Of a stretch of DNA of 57,490 nt, positions 39,913 to 49,418 are shown piece by piece (the stretch's first letter is position 1; every line of letters starts with the position of its first letter). This DNA is from Betaproteobacteria bacterium (GTDB lineage: Bacteria; Pseudomonadota; Gammaproteobacteria; Burkholderiales; SG8-39), in contig JAJDNJ010000065.1 in NCBI GenBank assembly GCA_022340705.1, forward strand, positions 1 to 57,490. Direction: 5' to 3'. A model generated the notes under the pieces. The model was not told the DNA's origin. It saw only the letters and a list, made by a program, of their open reading frames with translations, and searched no databases. The translations under genes and the position numbers were made by a program.

Positions 39913-40701
39913 TCAGCTTTTGCTTGCGGGTGCCTGCGTGCTGCCTGGCGCTCGATCGCCCGCGGGCAGACGCGGCGGCTCGCTCGCCGCGACGCGCGCG
40001 AGCCCTTCGAGCACCAGATTCTCGACGTAGCGCGTCGGGATGTCGAGTTGCTCGATCAGCGCCTGCCCCGCGCCGCCGCTCACCAGGCAGAGCGCGCCCG
40101 GTGCGGCGCTGCGCACCACGCGCTCGACCGCGCCCGCCTGCGCGTGCCGGCAGCCGGTCTCGATCGCATCGAGCGTGCGGGTCGGCCTCGCGCGAAACCG
40201 GCCTTCCTGGATCGGCAGCTTGCCGGTGTGCTCGTGCAGCACGAAGCGCATCAGCTCGACGCCGGGCAGGATCACGCCGCCGAGGAACTCGCCCTCGGCC
40301 GAAAGCATATCGACGGTGGTCGCAGTGCCCGCGTTGACCACCACGCAGTCGCCCTCGTGCAGCGCGCGCGCGGCGATCAGCGCAGCCCAGCGGTCCGGGC
40401 CGAGCTGGCCGGGATCGTCGTAGCGGCTGCGCACGCCGCAGCGCGCCGGCTCGCCGCGCAGCCAGAGCGGCGTCGCTTCGAAGATGCTCGTCCAGTTGAC
40501 GATCAGCTGGTGCGCGCCTTCGCCGGCCACGTTCGAGATCACGATGCGCTCGGGGTCTTCGTGCGTCGCGGCAAAGGGATTGATGTCGTGGTTCGCGGCC
40601 GCGAACTCGATCAGCGAGACGGTCGCGACGTTCGCCCACTGGCTGCCGTCGTGCCAGCCCCATTTGACGCGCGAATTGCCGGCGTCGATGACCAGGTTCA
40701 T
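39913..40701 (-). CDS. coaX: type III pantothenate kinase
   Basis: MNLVIDAGNSRVKWG, VNAGTATTVD, and 262 aa. Confidence 0.92.
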   Translation of the reverse strand: MNLVIDAGNSRVKWGWHDGSQWANVATVSLIEFAAANHDINPFAATHEDPERIVISNVAGEGAHQLIVNWTSIFEATPLWLRGEPARCGVRSRYDDPGQLGPDRWAALIAARALHEGDCVVVNAGTATTVDMLSAEGEFLGGVILPGVELMRFVLHEHTGKLPIQEGRFRARPTRTLDAIETGCRHAQAGAVERVVRSAAPGALCLVSGGAGQALIEQLDIPTRYVENLVLEGLARVAASEPPRLPAGDRAPGSTQAPASKS

Positions 40702-41555
40702 GCCACCCTCGCCGAGCGCAGGGCCGAACCCGAGACGCAGCGCAGGCCTGCGCGCGTGCGCAGGCGCAGGCCGCCGTCGGCGGCGAGGCCCGCCGCGATG
40801 CCGGTCAGCTGGCGCCCGTCGGCCAGGCGCAGGCGCAGGCGCCGCCCCGCGTCGGCGTGCAGCGCCTCCCAGGCCTCACGCACCGCCTCGATTCCCTGCG
40901 CTTCGAAGCGCTCGAGCACCGCGAGCAGCTCGAGCGCGAGGCGCGCCGCGATCCGGTTGCGCGAGGGCAGCGGCGCGAGCAGCTCCTCGAGCGCGATCAC
41001 CGGACGGCGCAGCCGCGCGGCGGCGCCGGGCTGCGCGCGGCAGTTGATTCCGATGCCGATCACCGCGAGCGTGCCACGCTCGAGCGGGCGGGTCTCGATC
41101 AGCACGCCACCGAGCTTGGCGCCGCGCGCCATCAGGTCGTTCGGCCACTTGAGCGCGACTTCCATCGCGCCCAGTGCGCGCAGCGCCTGGGCAACGGCGA
41201 CGCCGACCGCGAGCGGCAGGCCGGCGCAGCGGCGCGCGTCGACGGCAAGCCTCCGGCGCAGCGAAAAGGTGAGCCCCGCGCCGCGCGGCGAGATCCAGCG
41301 CCGTCCGCGTCGTCCGCGCCCTGCGGTCTGCAGCTCGGCGGCGAGCAGCGCCGGATCCGGGCCCTCGGGCTCGGCGAGCAGCAGCGCATTGGTCGACGGG
41401 CAGGCGTCGAGCACGCGAAGGTCCAGCTGCGGCCGGTGCCCGGCGAATTCGCCGAGCGTGCGCTCGATCGCAGCAGCGTTCAAGGGATCATGCGGCACGC
41501 GGCGAAGTATAGGCGAGACCGGCCCGTGCAGCCGGGCGCGCAGCCGAGCGCGCAT
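40698..41555 (-). CDS. birA: biotin--[acetyl-CoA-carboxylase] ligase (group I, no N-terminal HTH)
   Basis: STNALLL and GRGRRGRRWISPRGAGLTFSL (the GRGRxGRxW biotin loop), plus KWPNDL. Only about 25 residues precede the catalytic domain, so no repressor wHTH is present. The exact start is uncertain. Confidence 0.9.
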   Translation of the reverse strand: MRARLRARLHGPVSPILRRVPHDPLNAAAIERTLGEFAGHRPQLDLRVLDACPSTNALLLAEPEGPDPALLAAELQTAGRGRRGRRWISPRGAGLTFSLRRRLAVDARRCAGLPLAVGVAVAQALRALGAMEVALKWPNDLMARGAKLGGVLIETRPLERGTLAVIGIGINCRAQPGAAARLRRPVIALEELLAPLPSRNRIAARLALELLAVLERFEAQGIEAVREAWEALHADAGRRLRLRLADGRQLTGIAAGLAADGGLRLRTRAGLRCVSGSALRSARVA

Positions 41556-41576
41556 CCTGTCGTACGGCGCGGCGCC

Positions 41577-43208
41577 TCAGGCCCGGCCGAACGCGAAATC
41601 GCGCCCCGGCGCGGCGGCGAACAGCGCCTTGGTGTAGGCGTGCTGGGGCGAGACGAACACCTCGTTCGCCGGGCCGTACTCGACGACGCGGCCCTGCGAC
41701 ATCACCGCCACGTGATCGCAGACCTGCGCCGCCACGCGCAGGTCGTGCGTGATGAACAGCATTGCGAGGTTGAGCCGCTCGCGGATCTCCTCGAGCAGCT
41801 CGAGCACCTGCGCCTGCACCGAGACGTCGAGCGCCGAGACCGCCTCATCGGCGATCAGCAGCTCGGGCTCCATGGCGAGCGCGCGCGCGATGCAGATCCT
41901 CTGGCGCTGGCCGCCCGAGAACTGGTGCGGATAGCGCTCGAGCGCCGCCGCATCCATGCGCACCAGGTCCATCAGGCGCCGTGCCCGCTCGAACGCCTCG
42001 GCGCGCGACAGCCCGTAGTTCACCGGTCCCTCGATGATCGCTTCGCCCACCGTGCGCCGCGGGTTGAGCGAGCGATAGGGGTCCTGGAACACGATTTGCA
42101 CCTTGCGGCGGAGCGGGCGCAGCGCACGGTGCGAGCGATGCGCGATTTCCTCGCCGTGAATGAACACCTCGCCACCGCTCGGGTCGATCAGGCGCACGAT
42201 GCAGCGCGCCACCGTCGACTTGCCCGAGCCCGACTCGCCGACGATGCCGAGCGTCTGCCCGCGGCGCACTTCGAGCGAGACGTCGGCCGCCGCGTGCACC
42301 ACGCGGCGCGCCGAAAACCAGCCGCGATCGGCGTAGGTCTTCTCGAGCTTCTTGGTCTGCAGGACGATCGGCTGGTCGGGGGCGATGGGGCGACCGTGGG
42401 GCTTGAGGTCGGGCACCGCGCCCATCAGCATGATCGTGTAGTCGTGGCGCGGGCGCTTGAGCACCGCGTCCTTGTCGCCGGTCTCGACGAGGCGGCCCAG
42501 GCGCAGCACCGCGACGCGGCGCGCGATCTCGGCGACCACGCCGAAGTCGTGGGTGATGAACAGCACACCCATGCCGTGGCGCGCCTGGAGGTTCTTGATC
42601 AGCTCGAGGATCTGCGCTTGGGTGGTGACATCCAGCGCAGTGGTCGGCTCGTCGGCAATCAGCAGCGCCGGCTCGAGCACCAGCGCCATCGCGATCATGA
42701 TGCGCTGGCGCTGGCCGCCGGAGAGCTGGTGCGGATAGGACTGCACGATGCGCTCGGGGTCGGGCAGTGCGACCTCGCGCACCGTGTCGAGGATCTTCCT
42801 GCGCCGCTCGGCCGGGCCGAGCGCGGTGTGCTCGCGCAGCACCTCGTCGATCTGGTCGCCGCAGCGCATCACGGGGTTGAGCGCGGTCATCGGCTCCTGG
42901 AAGACCATCGACATACGCGTTGCGCGCAGCTGGCGCAGGCGCTCGGTGGTCACCTTGGCCACGTCCTCACCGTCCAGCAGCATCTGGCCTTTGGTGACCG
43001 GCAGCGTATTGGGCAGCAGCCCCATCACCGCCTGCGCGATCACCGATTTGCCCGAGCCCGATTCGCCGACCAGGCATAGGATCTCGCCGCGTTCGACGCT
43101 GAACGAAACCTCGCTGACCGCTTCCTTGCGATCGCCGCCCGAGGGCAGGGCGATGGTGAGGTCGCGGACGTCGAGGACGGGGCCGCTGCCGCGCGACGGG
43201 GTCGTCAT
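41577..43208 (-). CDS. ABC transporter ATP-binding protein, fused double ATPase (DppD/DppF-like)
   Basis: Trimmed to ATG 43208, an ATGA overlap with the permease stop. It has two Walker A motifs (GESGSGKS twice), two LSGGQRQR signatures, and peptide-ABC C-terminal extensions. 544 aa. Confidence 0.93.
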   Translation of the reverse strand: MTTPSRGSGPVLDVRDLTIALPSGGDRKEAVSEVSFSVERGEILCLVGESGSGKSVIAQAVMGLLPNTLPVTKGQMLLDGEDVAKVTTERLRQLRATRMSMVFQEPMTALNPVMRCGDQIDEVLREHTALGPAERRRKILDTVREVALPDPERIVQSYPHQLSGGQRQRIMIAMALVLEPALLIADEPTTALDVTTQAQILELIKNLQARHGMGVLFITHDFGVVAEIARRVAVLRLGRLVETGDKDAVLKRPRHDYTIMLMGAVPDLKPHGRPIAPDQPIVLQTKKLEKTYADRGWFSARRVVHAAADVSLEVRRGQTLGIVGESGSGKSTVARCIVRLIDPSGGEVFIHGEEIAHRSHRALRPLRRKVQIVFQDPYRSLNPRRTVGEAIIEGPVNYGLSRAEAFERARRLMDLVRMDAAALERYPHQFSGGQRQRICIARALAMEPELLIADEAVSALDVSVQAQVLELLEEIRERLNLAMLFITHDLRVAAQVCDHVAVMSQGRVVEYGPANEVFVSPQHAYTKALFAAAPGRDFAFGRA

Positions 43209-44143
43209 AGGCGCTTGGCCATTTTCGGGTCGAGCGTGTCGCGCAGCCCGTCTCCCAGGATGTTCACCGCGAGCACCGTAATGGTGAGGAACACGCCCGG
43301 AATGAACACGTTGTGCGGGTACGAAACGAACTGGATGCGGCCCTCGGCCATGATGTTGCCCCAGGTCGGGATCTCGGGCGGTAGGCCGACGCCGAGGAAC
43401 GAGAGGATCGACTCGATCAGGATCGCCGAGGCGCAGATGAAGGTGCCCTGCACCACGAGCGGCGCGATGGTGTTCGGCAGGATGTGGCTGAACATGATCT
43501 TCGGTGTCGAGCTGCCGAGCGAGATCGCGGCCTCGACGTAGGGTTCTTCGCGGATCGTCAGCACGAGCGATCGCACCAGGCGCGTGACGCGCGGAATCTC
43601 GGGAATCGCGATCGCAATGATCACCGTGGTCAGGCTCGCGCGCCACATCGCGACCAGCGCGATCGCGATCAGGATTGCCGGGATCGCCATGATCCCGTCC
43701 ATCACGCGCATGATCATGCCGTCGAGCCAGCGGATGTAGCCGGCGACGAGGCCGAACAGGATGCCGATGACCAGCGACACCAGCGCGGTCACCAGGCCGA
43801 CGAACAGCGACACGCGCGTGCCGTAGATCACGCGGCTGTAGATGTCGCGCCCGAGCGAATCCGAGCCGAACCAGAAGGTGTGCTTAACCAGGTCGCCCTC
43901 GTCGGTCATCATCTCGCCGGTCTTTCCCGGCACGAGGTCGCGGCTGCCCGCGTCGAACATGGTCGGATCGACCGTGCCGAGCCAGGGCGCGGCGATCGCG
44001 ATCAGGATCAGCAGTGCGATCACGCCGCCGCCCAGGCGCACCGAGCCGCTGCGCCGCACGCGCTGCCAGGTCGATTCGTGCGGGCGAATGTCGGCCGATT
44101 CGACCGACAGCTCCGCGTAGCGCTTGATGTCCGTCGCGGCCAC
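43205..44143 (-). CDS. peptide ABC transporter permease (DppC-like)
   Basis: 312 aa. It has a DppC-type N-terminus and the EAA loop region EEPYVEAAISLGSSTPKIMFSHILPN. Confidence 0.9.
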   Translation of the reverse strand: MAATDIKRYAELSVESADIRPHESTWQRVRRSGSVRLGGGVIALLILIAIAAPWLGTVDPTMFDAGSRDLVPGKTGEMMTDEGDLVKHTFWFGSDSLGRDIYSRVIYGTRVSLFVGLVTALVSLVIGILFGLVAGYIRWLDGMIMRVMDGIMAIPAILIAIALVAMWRASLTTVIIAIAIPEIPRVTRLVRSLVLTIREEPYVEAAISLGSSTPKIMFSHILPNTIAPLVVQGTFICASAILIESILSFLGVGLPPEIPTWGNIMAEGRIQFVSYPHNVFIPGVFLTITVLAVNILGDGLRDTLDPKMAKRL

Positions 44144-44145
44144 GG

Positions 44146-45087
44146 TCAGTAGCGGATACGCGGATCGAGGAACACGTAGGAGAGATCCACGAGGAGGTTG
44201 ACCACGACGTAGATGAACGAGAAGAACAGAATCACGCCCTGGATGGTGGGAAAGTCGCGCGACAGCACCGCATCGACCGTGAGGCGGCCGAGCCCCGGGA
44301 TCGCGTAGACCGACTCGGTCACCACCACGCCGCCGATCAGCAGCGCGATGCCGATGCCGATGATCGTCACGATCGGCACCGCCGCGTTGGCGAGCGCGTG
44401 CGAGATGAGCACGCGCGACTCGGCCAGCCCCTTGGCGCGCGCGGTGCGGATGTAGTCCTCGCCCAGGGCTTCGAGCACCGAAGCGCGCGTCACGCGCGCG
44501 AGCAGCGCGATGTAGATCACCGACAGGGTGATCGCGGGCAACACCAGATGGTGGAGGAACGGTCCGAAGCCGTTCGCGATCGGCTTGTAGCCCTGCACCG
44601 GGAACCAGCCGAGCTTGAGCGAAGCCAGCCAGACCAGCAGGTAGCCGAGCACGAACACCGGCACCGAGAAGCCGAACACCGAGAATCCCATGAGGAACCG
44701 GTCGAACCAGCCGCCGAAGCGCCAGGCGGCAACCACGCCGAGCGGCACGGCGACCAGGATCGCGATCACGATGGTGAGCGCGGCGAGCGACATCGTCGGC
44801 TCGAGGCGCTGCGCGATCAGCTCGGTGACGCGCACCTTGTAGTAGTACGACTCGCCCAGGTCGCCCTGCAGCAGCTGGCCGACCCAGATTGCGAACTGCA
44901 CCGGCAGAGGGCGGTCTAGGCCGAGGGTCTCGCGGATCTCCTCGATCTGCTGGGTGCTCGCGGCGTCGCCCGCGAGGATCGCGGCCGGATCGCCCGGCGT
45001 CAGGCGCAGGAGCAGGAACACCAGCACCGCGACGATCACCAGCACGGGTATCGTCGAGAGCAGGCGGCGAGCGATGAACTGGTACAT
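44146..45087 (-). CDS. peptide ABC transporter permease (DppB-like)
   Basis: Trimmed to ATG 45087 (MYQFIARRLLSTIPVLVIVAVLVFLLLRLTPGDPA, the canonical DppB start). The EAA loop is EDYIRTARAKGLAESRVLISHALANA. Confidence 0.9.
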   Translation of the reverse strand: MYQFIARRLLSTIPVLVIVAVLVFLLLRLTPGDPAAILAGDAASTQQIEEIRETLGLDRPLPVQFAIWVGQLLQGDLGESYYYKVRVTELIAQRLEPTMSLAALTIVIAILVAVPLGVVAAWRFGGWFDRFLMGFSVFGFSVPVFVLGYLLVWLASLKLGWFPVQGYKPIANGFGPFLHHLVLPAITLSVIYIALLARVTRASVLEALGEDYIRTARAKGLAESRVLISHALANAAVPIVTIIGIGIALLIGGVVVTESVYAIPGLGRLTVDAVLSRDFPTIQGVILFFSFIYVVVNLLVDLSYVFLDPRIRY

Positions 45088-45184
45088 GTGCGCCGGGCTC
45101 GAACCGCGCGTTGAGCGGCCGCGCAAGCTGGTTTCAGGCTAGAGCGTCATCCGCGGTCGCTCCAACGCGCGGAGACGAACCGGC

Positions 45185-45213
45185 GGCCGGAACGGGATTG
45201 GCCCGTTCCGGCC
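45185..45213 (-). other. 12-bp perfect stem-loop between SBP gene and first permease gene of the peptide ABC operon
   Basis: GGCCGGAACGGG-attgg-CCCGTTCCGGCC, located in the 139-nt intercistronic gap. No U-run follows on the minus strand. Confidence 0.5.
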
Positions 45214-45226
45214 GTCCGGCTGCGTC

Positions 45227-46822
45227 CTATTTCTTGCTGATGTTCCAGTAGGTGTGCGCCAGACCCGAAGTGATCCAGCCATGCACGTTCTTGCGCGCCG
45301 CGGCCGGCTGGGTGTACTCGCCGAGCGGCGCATGGGTTGCGATCGCGAACGCCTCGGCCTGCACCTGCTCGGCAAGCTTTTTCTTCTTCGCCGGATCGGT
45401 AGCCTTGGCAAACTCGCCGCGCAGCGCCTCGAGCTTGGGGTCGTCCGGCCAGCCGAACCAGGGCGATTTCGTGCCGCGCGCCTGCAGGGCCGCGTTGTTG
45501 ATCGGGTTCCAGATGTCGGGGGCGGTCCAGGCGGTGCAGAACATGTTCCAGCCGCCCTTGTCGACAGGGTCCTTCTTCGCGCGGCGCGAGACCAGGGTCT
45601 GCCAGTCCATCGCCTGCAGGTCGACTTTCATGCCCATCTGGCGCATGAACTGCGCCGCGACTTCGGGCAGCTTGTCGATCGAGGCCAGGTCGGTCGGCTT
45701 CATGATGACCACGGTGGTGCCGTCGTAGCCCGACTCCTTGAGCAGCTGGCGTGCCTTCTTCATGCTGCCCTTGGTCATGATGTCCGAGCCGGCGGTGCTC
45801 GCATAGGGCGTTCCGCAGGTGAACATCGACGGGCAGGTATGGTAGAGCTCCTTCACACCGACCTGCGCCTTGAGGAAGGGCTCCTGGCGGAACGACGCGA
45901 GCACCGCGCGGCGCACCTTGACGTTGTCAAAGGGCTTGAGCAGGTGGTTGAAGCGGCACATGTACTGCAGGCCGATCTTCGGCTTGCGCACCTGCAGGTT
46001 CTTGTCCTTCACGACGGTCGCGTAGTGCTGGAACGGCACCGACTCGAGGATGTCGATCTCGCCCTTCTGCAGTGCGTTGATCTGCGCCTGGTAGTCGCGC
46101 AGCGCGAGGTTCCACACCACCTTGTCGACGTAGACGTTCTTGCCGCCCGCGGTGCCCGAGGGCTTTTCCTTGCGCGGCACGTACTTGGTGTTCTTCACGT
46201 ACACTGCCTTGTCGCCGGGCTTGAACTCGTCCTTGACGAAGATGTACGGGCCGGAGCCGGTGTAGTCGGTGATCTGGGTCTTCGGGTCGGTCTCGGCGAC
46301 GCGCTTCGGCATGATGAAGGGCACGTTCGACGAGGGCTTGCCGAGCGCCTCGAGCACGAAGCCGCAGGGCTCCTTCAGCGTGATGCGGAACGCGTTCGGG
46401 CCGGTGGCCTCGATCTTGTCGACGAAGGTCATCAGTGCGACGCCGAGCGCATCGCGCTTGCCCCAGCGCTCGAGCGAGGCGACGACGTCCTCGCCGGTGA
46501 CCGGTGCGCCATCGTGGAACGCGAGCCCGGAGCGCAGGGTGAAGTCGTAGACCTTTTGGTCCTTGGAGACGGTCCACTTGTCGACCATCTGCGGCTGGAT
46601 CTTGTTGTTCTCGTCGGTGCCGAACAGCGTGTCGTAGATCATGTAGCCGTGGTTGCGGCTCATGTACGCGGTGGTCCAGATCGGATCGAGGATCGCGAGG
46701 TTCGAGTGCGGAACCACGATAAGCGTGGTCTCGGCCTGCGCGGCGGGAACCCCGAGCGTTGCGAACGTGGCAGCGAATGCGGCGGCGACGGCGAGCCGCG
46801 CCAGCGGGCGCTTGACAGTCAT
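45227..46822 (-). CDS. ABC transporter substrate-binding protein, family 5 (peptide/nickel type)
   Basis: Trimmed to ATG 46822, preceded by GGAGGAG. It has a signal peptide (...LGVPAAQAETT) and SBP_bac_5-like blocks (MSRNHGYMIYDTLFGTD, LRSGLAFHDG). 532 aa. Confidence 0.9.
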   Translation of the reverse strand: MTVKRPLARLAVAAAFAATFATLGVPAAQAETTLIVVPHSNLAILDPIWTTAYMSRNHGYMIYDTLFGTDENNKIQPQMVDKWTVSKDQKVYDFTLRSGLAFHDGAPVTGEDVVASLERWGKRDALGVALMTFVDKIEATGPNAFRITLKEPCGFVLEALGKPSSNVPFIMPKRVAETDPKTQITDYTGSGPYIFVKDEFKPGDKAVYVKNTKYVPRKEKPSGTAGGKNVYVDKVVWNLALRDYQAQINALQKGEIDILESVPFQHYATVVKDKNLQVRKPKIGLQYMCRFNHLLKPFDNVKVRRAVLASFRQEPFLKAQVGVKELYHTCPSMFTCGTPYASTAGSDIMTKGSMKKARQLLKESGYDGTTVVIMKPTDLASIDKLPEVAAQFMRQMGMKVDLQAMDWQTLVSRRAKKDPVDKGGWNMFCTAWTAPDIWNPINNAALQARGTKSPWFGWPDDPKLEALRGEFAKATDPAKKKKLAEQVQAEAFAIATHAPLGEYTQPAAARKNVHGWITSGLAHTYWNISKK

Positions 46823-46976
46823 GATGAACTCCTCCAAACGGGAACGACCACATTAGCCCAAACCCGCGGGCCGCGGCAAGCCGTCGCGAAGGTGCGTTCG
46901 CAGGCATCGAGATGGTGCTTGTGCACCCGGCCGGCGCGGCTTACGCTCGCGCATTTTCACGCAAGGGGGCACTCTG

Positions 46977-48482
46977 GTGGCGCGCATCGCAGTCGGCGGT
47001 TTTCAGCACGAAACCAACACGTTTGCTCCGTCGAAGGCCGATTACGCGGCGTTCGAAGCGGGTGGCGGGTGGCCGGGCGTGCAATATGGTGATGCGCTGT
47101 TCGCCGCGGTCGAAGGCGCGAACATTCCTGCCGCCGGTGCAATCCAGGCGCTGCGCGCGCAAGGCCACCAGCTGGTCGGTACCGCCTGGGCCGCGGCGAG
47201 TCCTTCGGCGCACGTCACGCGCGATGCCTACGAGCGCATCGCCGGCGAGCTCGTCGAGCGCCTGCGCGCGGCGGGCCGCGTCGATGGCGTCTACCTCGAC
47301 TTGCACGGCGCGATGGTGTCCGAGGAATTCGATGACGGCGAGGGCGAGCTGCTGCGCCGGGTGCGCGAGGCGGTGAGCCCGCGCGTGCCGATCGCGGCGA
47401 GTCTCGACCTGCACGCCAACGTGACGCGGGCGATGCTCGATACGGCGGATGCCTTCGTCGCCTACCGCACCTATCCGCATGTCGACATGGCCGACACCGG
47501 CGCGCGTGCCGCGCATCTGCTCGAGCGGATGCTGAAGAGCGGCGAGCGACTGGCGCGCGCGGACCACGGCGTCGACTTTCTGACCGGGCTGCCTTCGCAG
47601 TGCTCGTTCATCGAGCCCTGCAAGGGGATCTACACCGAGCTTGGCGAGATGGAAAACCGGCACGATGTGGTGCTCTCGTTCACGCCCGGCTTTCCGATGG
47701 CCGACTTCGAAGAGTGCGGCATGGCCGTGTTCGGCTACGGGCCCGAGCGGCGTTCGGTCGAGCACTGCGTCGAGCGGCTGCGCGAAATGGTCGCCGGCGC
47801 GGAGAAGGATTTCGCACTCGAGCTGCACGCGCCGGCCGATGCGGTGCGCCGCGCGCGCGCGCGCGGCACGCCCGGCGCGCCGGTGGTGCTCGCCGACACG
47901 CAGGACAACCCGGGCGCCGGTGGCAACGGCGACACCACCGGGCTGCTGGCGGCGCTGATCGAGCAACGCGCCGAGGACGCGGTGCTCGGTCTGCTGATCG
48001 ACGCCAAAGCCGCGGAGCGCGCGCGCGACGCGGGGCAAGGCGCGACGCTGGCCTTTGCGCTCGGCGGACGCTCGAACATTCCGGGCGATGCGCCGCTCGA
48101 GGGCGAGTTCACGGTCGAGCGCATCGGCGACGGTCGCTTCACCTGTACCGGTCCCATGTTCAAGGGTTTTCGCATGACGCTCGGCACCATGGCGCTGCTC
48201 AGAAGCCGGGCCGCACCGGGCGTGCGCGTCGTGCTCGCCTCGCGCAAGGTGCAGGCCGCGGACCAGGAGATGTTCCGCCACCTCGGCGTCGAGCCGCGCA
48301 CGCAGCGGGTGCTCGGCCTGAAGAGCTCGGTGCACTTCCGCGCCGACTTCGAGCCGATCGCGCAGGAGGTGCTGGTGGTCAAGGCGCCCGGGCCGGCGCT
48401 CGCCGATCCGACCGAATTCAACTGGACCCGGCTGAGAAAGGGCGTGCGCCTGCGCCCGCTCGGCCCGGTGCACCAGGGCTGA
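46977..48482 (+). CDS. M81 family metallopeptidase (MlrC/microcystinase C-like)
   Basis: ARIAVGGFQHETNTFAP is the family N-terminal signature. Further blocks are LDLHGAMV, AYRTYPHVDM and TQDNPGAGG. It is 501 aa with a GTG start after AGGGGG. Confidence 0.85.
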   Translation: MARIAVGGFQHETNTFAPSKADYAAFEAGGGWPGVQYGDALFAAVEGANIPAAGAIQALRAQGHQLVGTAWAAASPSAHVTRDAYERIAGELVERLRAAGRVDGVYLDLHGAMVSEEFDDGEGELLRRVREAVSPRVPIAASLDLHANVTRAMLDTADAFVAYRTYPHVDMADTGARAAHLLERMLKSGERLARADHGVDFLTGLPSQCSFIEPCKGIYTELGEMENRHDVVLSFTPGFPMADFEECGMAVFGYGPERRSVEHCVERLREMVAGAEKDFALELHAPADAVRRARARGTPGAPVVLADTQDNPGAGGNGDTTGLLAALIEQRAEDAVLGLLIDAKAAERARDAGQGATLAFALGGRSNIPGDAPLEGEFTVERIGDGRFTCTGPMFKGFRMTLGTMALLRSRAAPGVRVVLASRKVQAADQEMFRHLGVEPRTQRVLGLKSSVHFRADFEPIAQEVLVVKAPGPALADPTEFNWTRLRKGVRLRPLGPVHQG

Positions 48483-48497
48483 GGCGGGGGCGCGACG

Positions 48498-49418
48498 ATG
48501 CGTCTGCTGAGCGTCAGACCGAAGCGCGGCGGTGCCGCGCGCCTTGCCCTGCTGCTTTCGTCCGGCCAGGTGCTCGACATCGGCGCGGCGGCGGCACGCG
48601 CGCGGCTGCGCCTGCCGTTCGACGCGGGCGACATGGTCTCGCTCATCGCCGCCGGGCGCAGCGGCCTTGCCGCGCTGCGCCGCCTGGCGAAGGCGGCGAC
48701 CGGCAGGGGAACGGCGCTCTCGACGCTGCGTGTGCTCGCGCCGATCCCGCGCCCGCGCAAGAACGTGTTCTGCGTCGGCTGGAACTACCTTGCGCATTTC
48801 GAGGAGGGCGCGAGAGCGCGTCCGCAGCAGCAGGAGATGCCGCAGCACCCGACCTTTTTCACCAAGGTGCCGACCGCGGTCACCGGACCCTACGACACGG
48901 TGCCGCTGCACGTCGGGGTGACGGAGAAGCTCGACTGGGAAGTCGAGCTCGGGGTGATCATCGGCCGTGGCGGGCGCAACATTGCGGAGAGCCAGGCGAT
49001 GAAGCACGTCTTCGGCTACACCGTGATCAACGACGTGTCGGCGCGCGAAGTGCAGCGCCAGCACGGCCAGCAGTGGTTCAAGGGCAAGAGCCTCGACGGG
49101 AGCTGCCCGATGGGACCCTGGATCGTGACTGCCGACGAGGTGGTCGATCCTCACGCACTTCACGTGCGGTGCCGGGTGAACGGCGCGACCAAGCAGGACG
49201 CCAACACGCGCCAGATGTATTTCCGCATTCCGCGCATCATCGCCGAGCTTTCGGCTGGTCTGACGCTCGAGCCGGGCGATGTCATCTCCACCGGCACCCC
49301 CGAAGGCGTCGGGCATGCGCGCACGCCGCCCGAGTTTCTCGCGCCGGGCGACCTGCTCGAGACCGAGGTCGAGGGGATCGGCGTGCTGAGAAACCGGATC
49401 GTGAAGGCCGCCCGCTAA
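48498..49418 (+). CDS. fumarylacetoacetate hydrolase (FAH) family protein
   Basis: NVFCVGWNYLAHFEE, WEVELGVIIGRGG, GYTVINDVSAREVQ, KGKSLDGSCPMGPW and GDVISTGTPEGVG. Confidence 0.88.
   Translation: MRLLSVRPKRGGAARLALLLSSGQVLDIGAAAARARLRLPFDAGDMVSLIAAGRSGLAALRRLAKAATGRGTALSTLRVLAPIPRPRKNVFCVGWNYLAHFEEGARARPQQQEMPQHPTFFTKVPTAVTGPYDTVPLHVGVTEKLDWEVELGVIIGRGGRNIAESQAMKHVFGYTVINDVSAREVQRQHGQQWFKGKSLDGSCPMGPWIVTADEVVDPHALHVRCRVNGATKQDANTRQMYFRIPRIIAELSAGLTLEPGDVISTGTPEGVGHARTPPEFLAPGDLLETEVEGIGVLRNRIVKAAR

Noticed and set aside
40857-43079. 740-aa plus-strand ORF
   Set aside because: It is antisense to birA and the double ABC ATPase, both of which have unambiguous motifs. It is a GC-rich frame artefact.
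45254-47092. 612-aa plus-strand ORF
   Set aside because: It is antisense to the family-5 substrate-binding protein gene and runs across the divergent promoter region. No motifs are present.
46941-49316. 791-aa minus-strand ORF
   Set aside because: It is antisense to the M81 peptidase and FAH genes. It is Arg/Ala-rich with no motifs.
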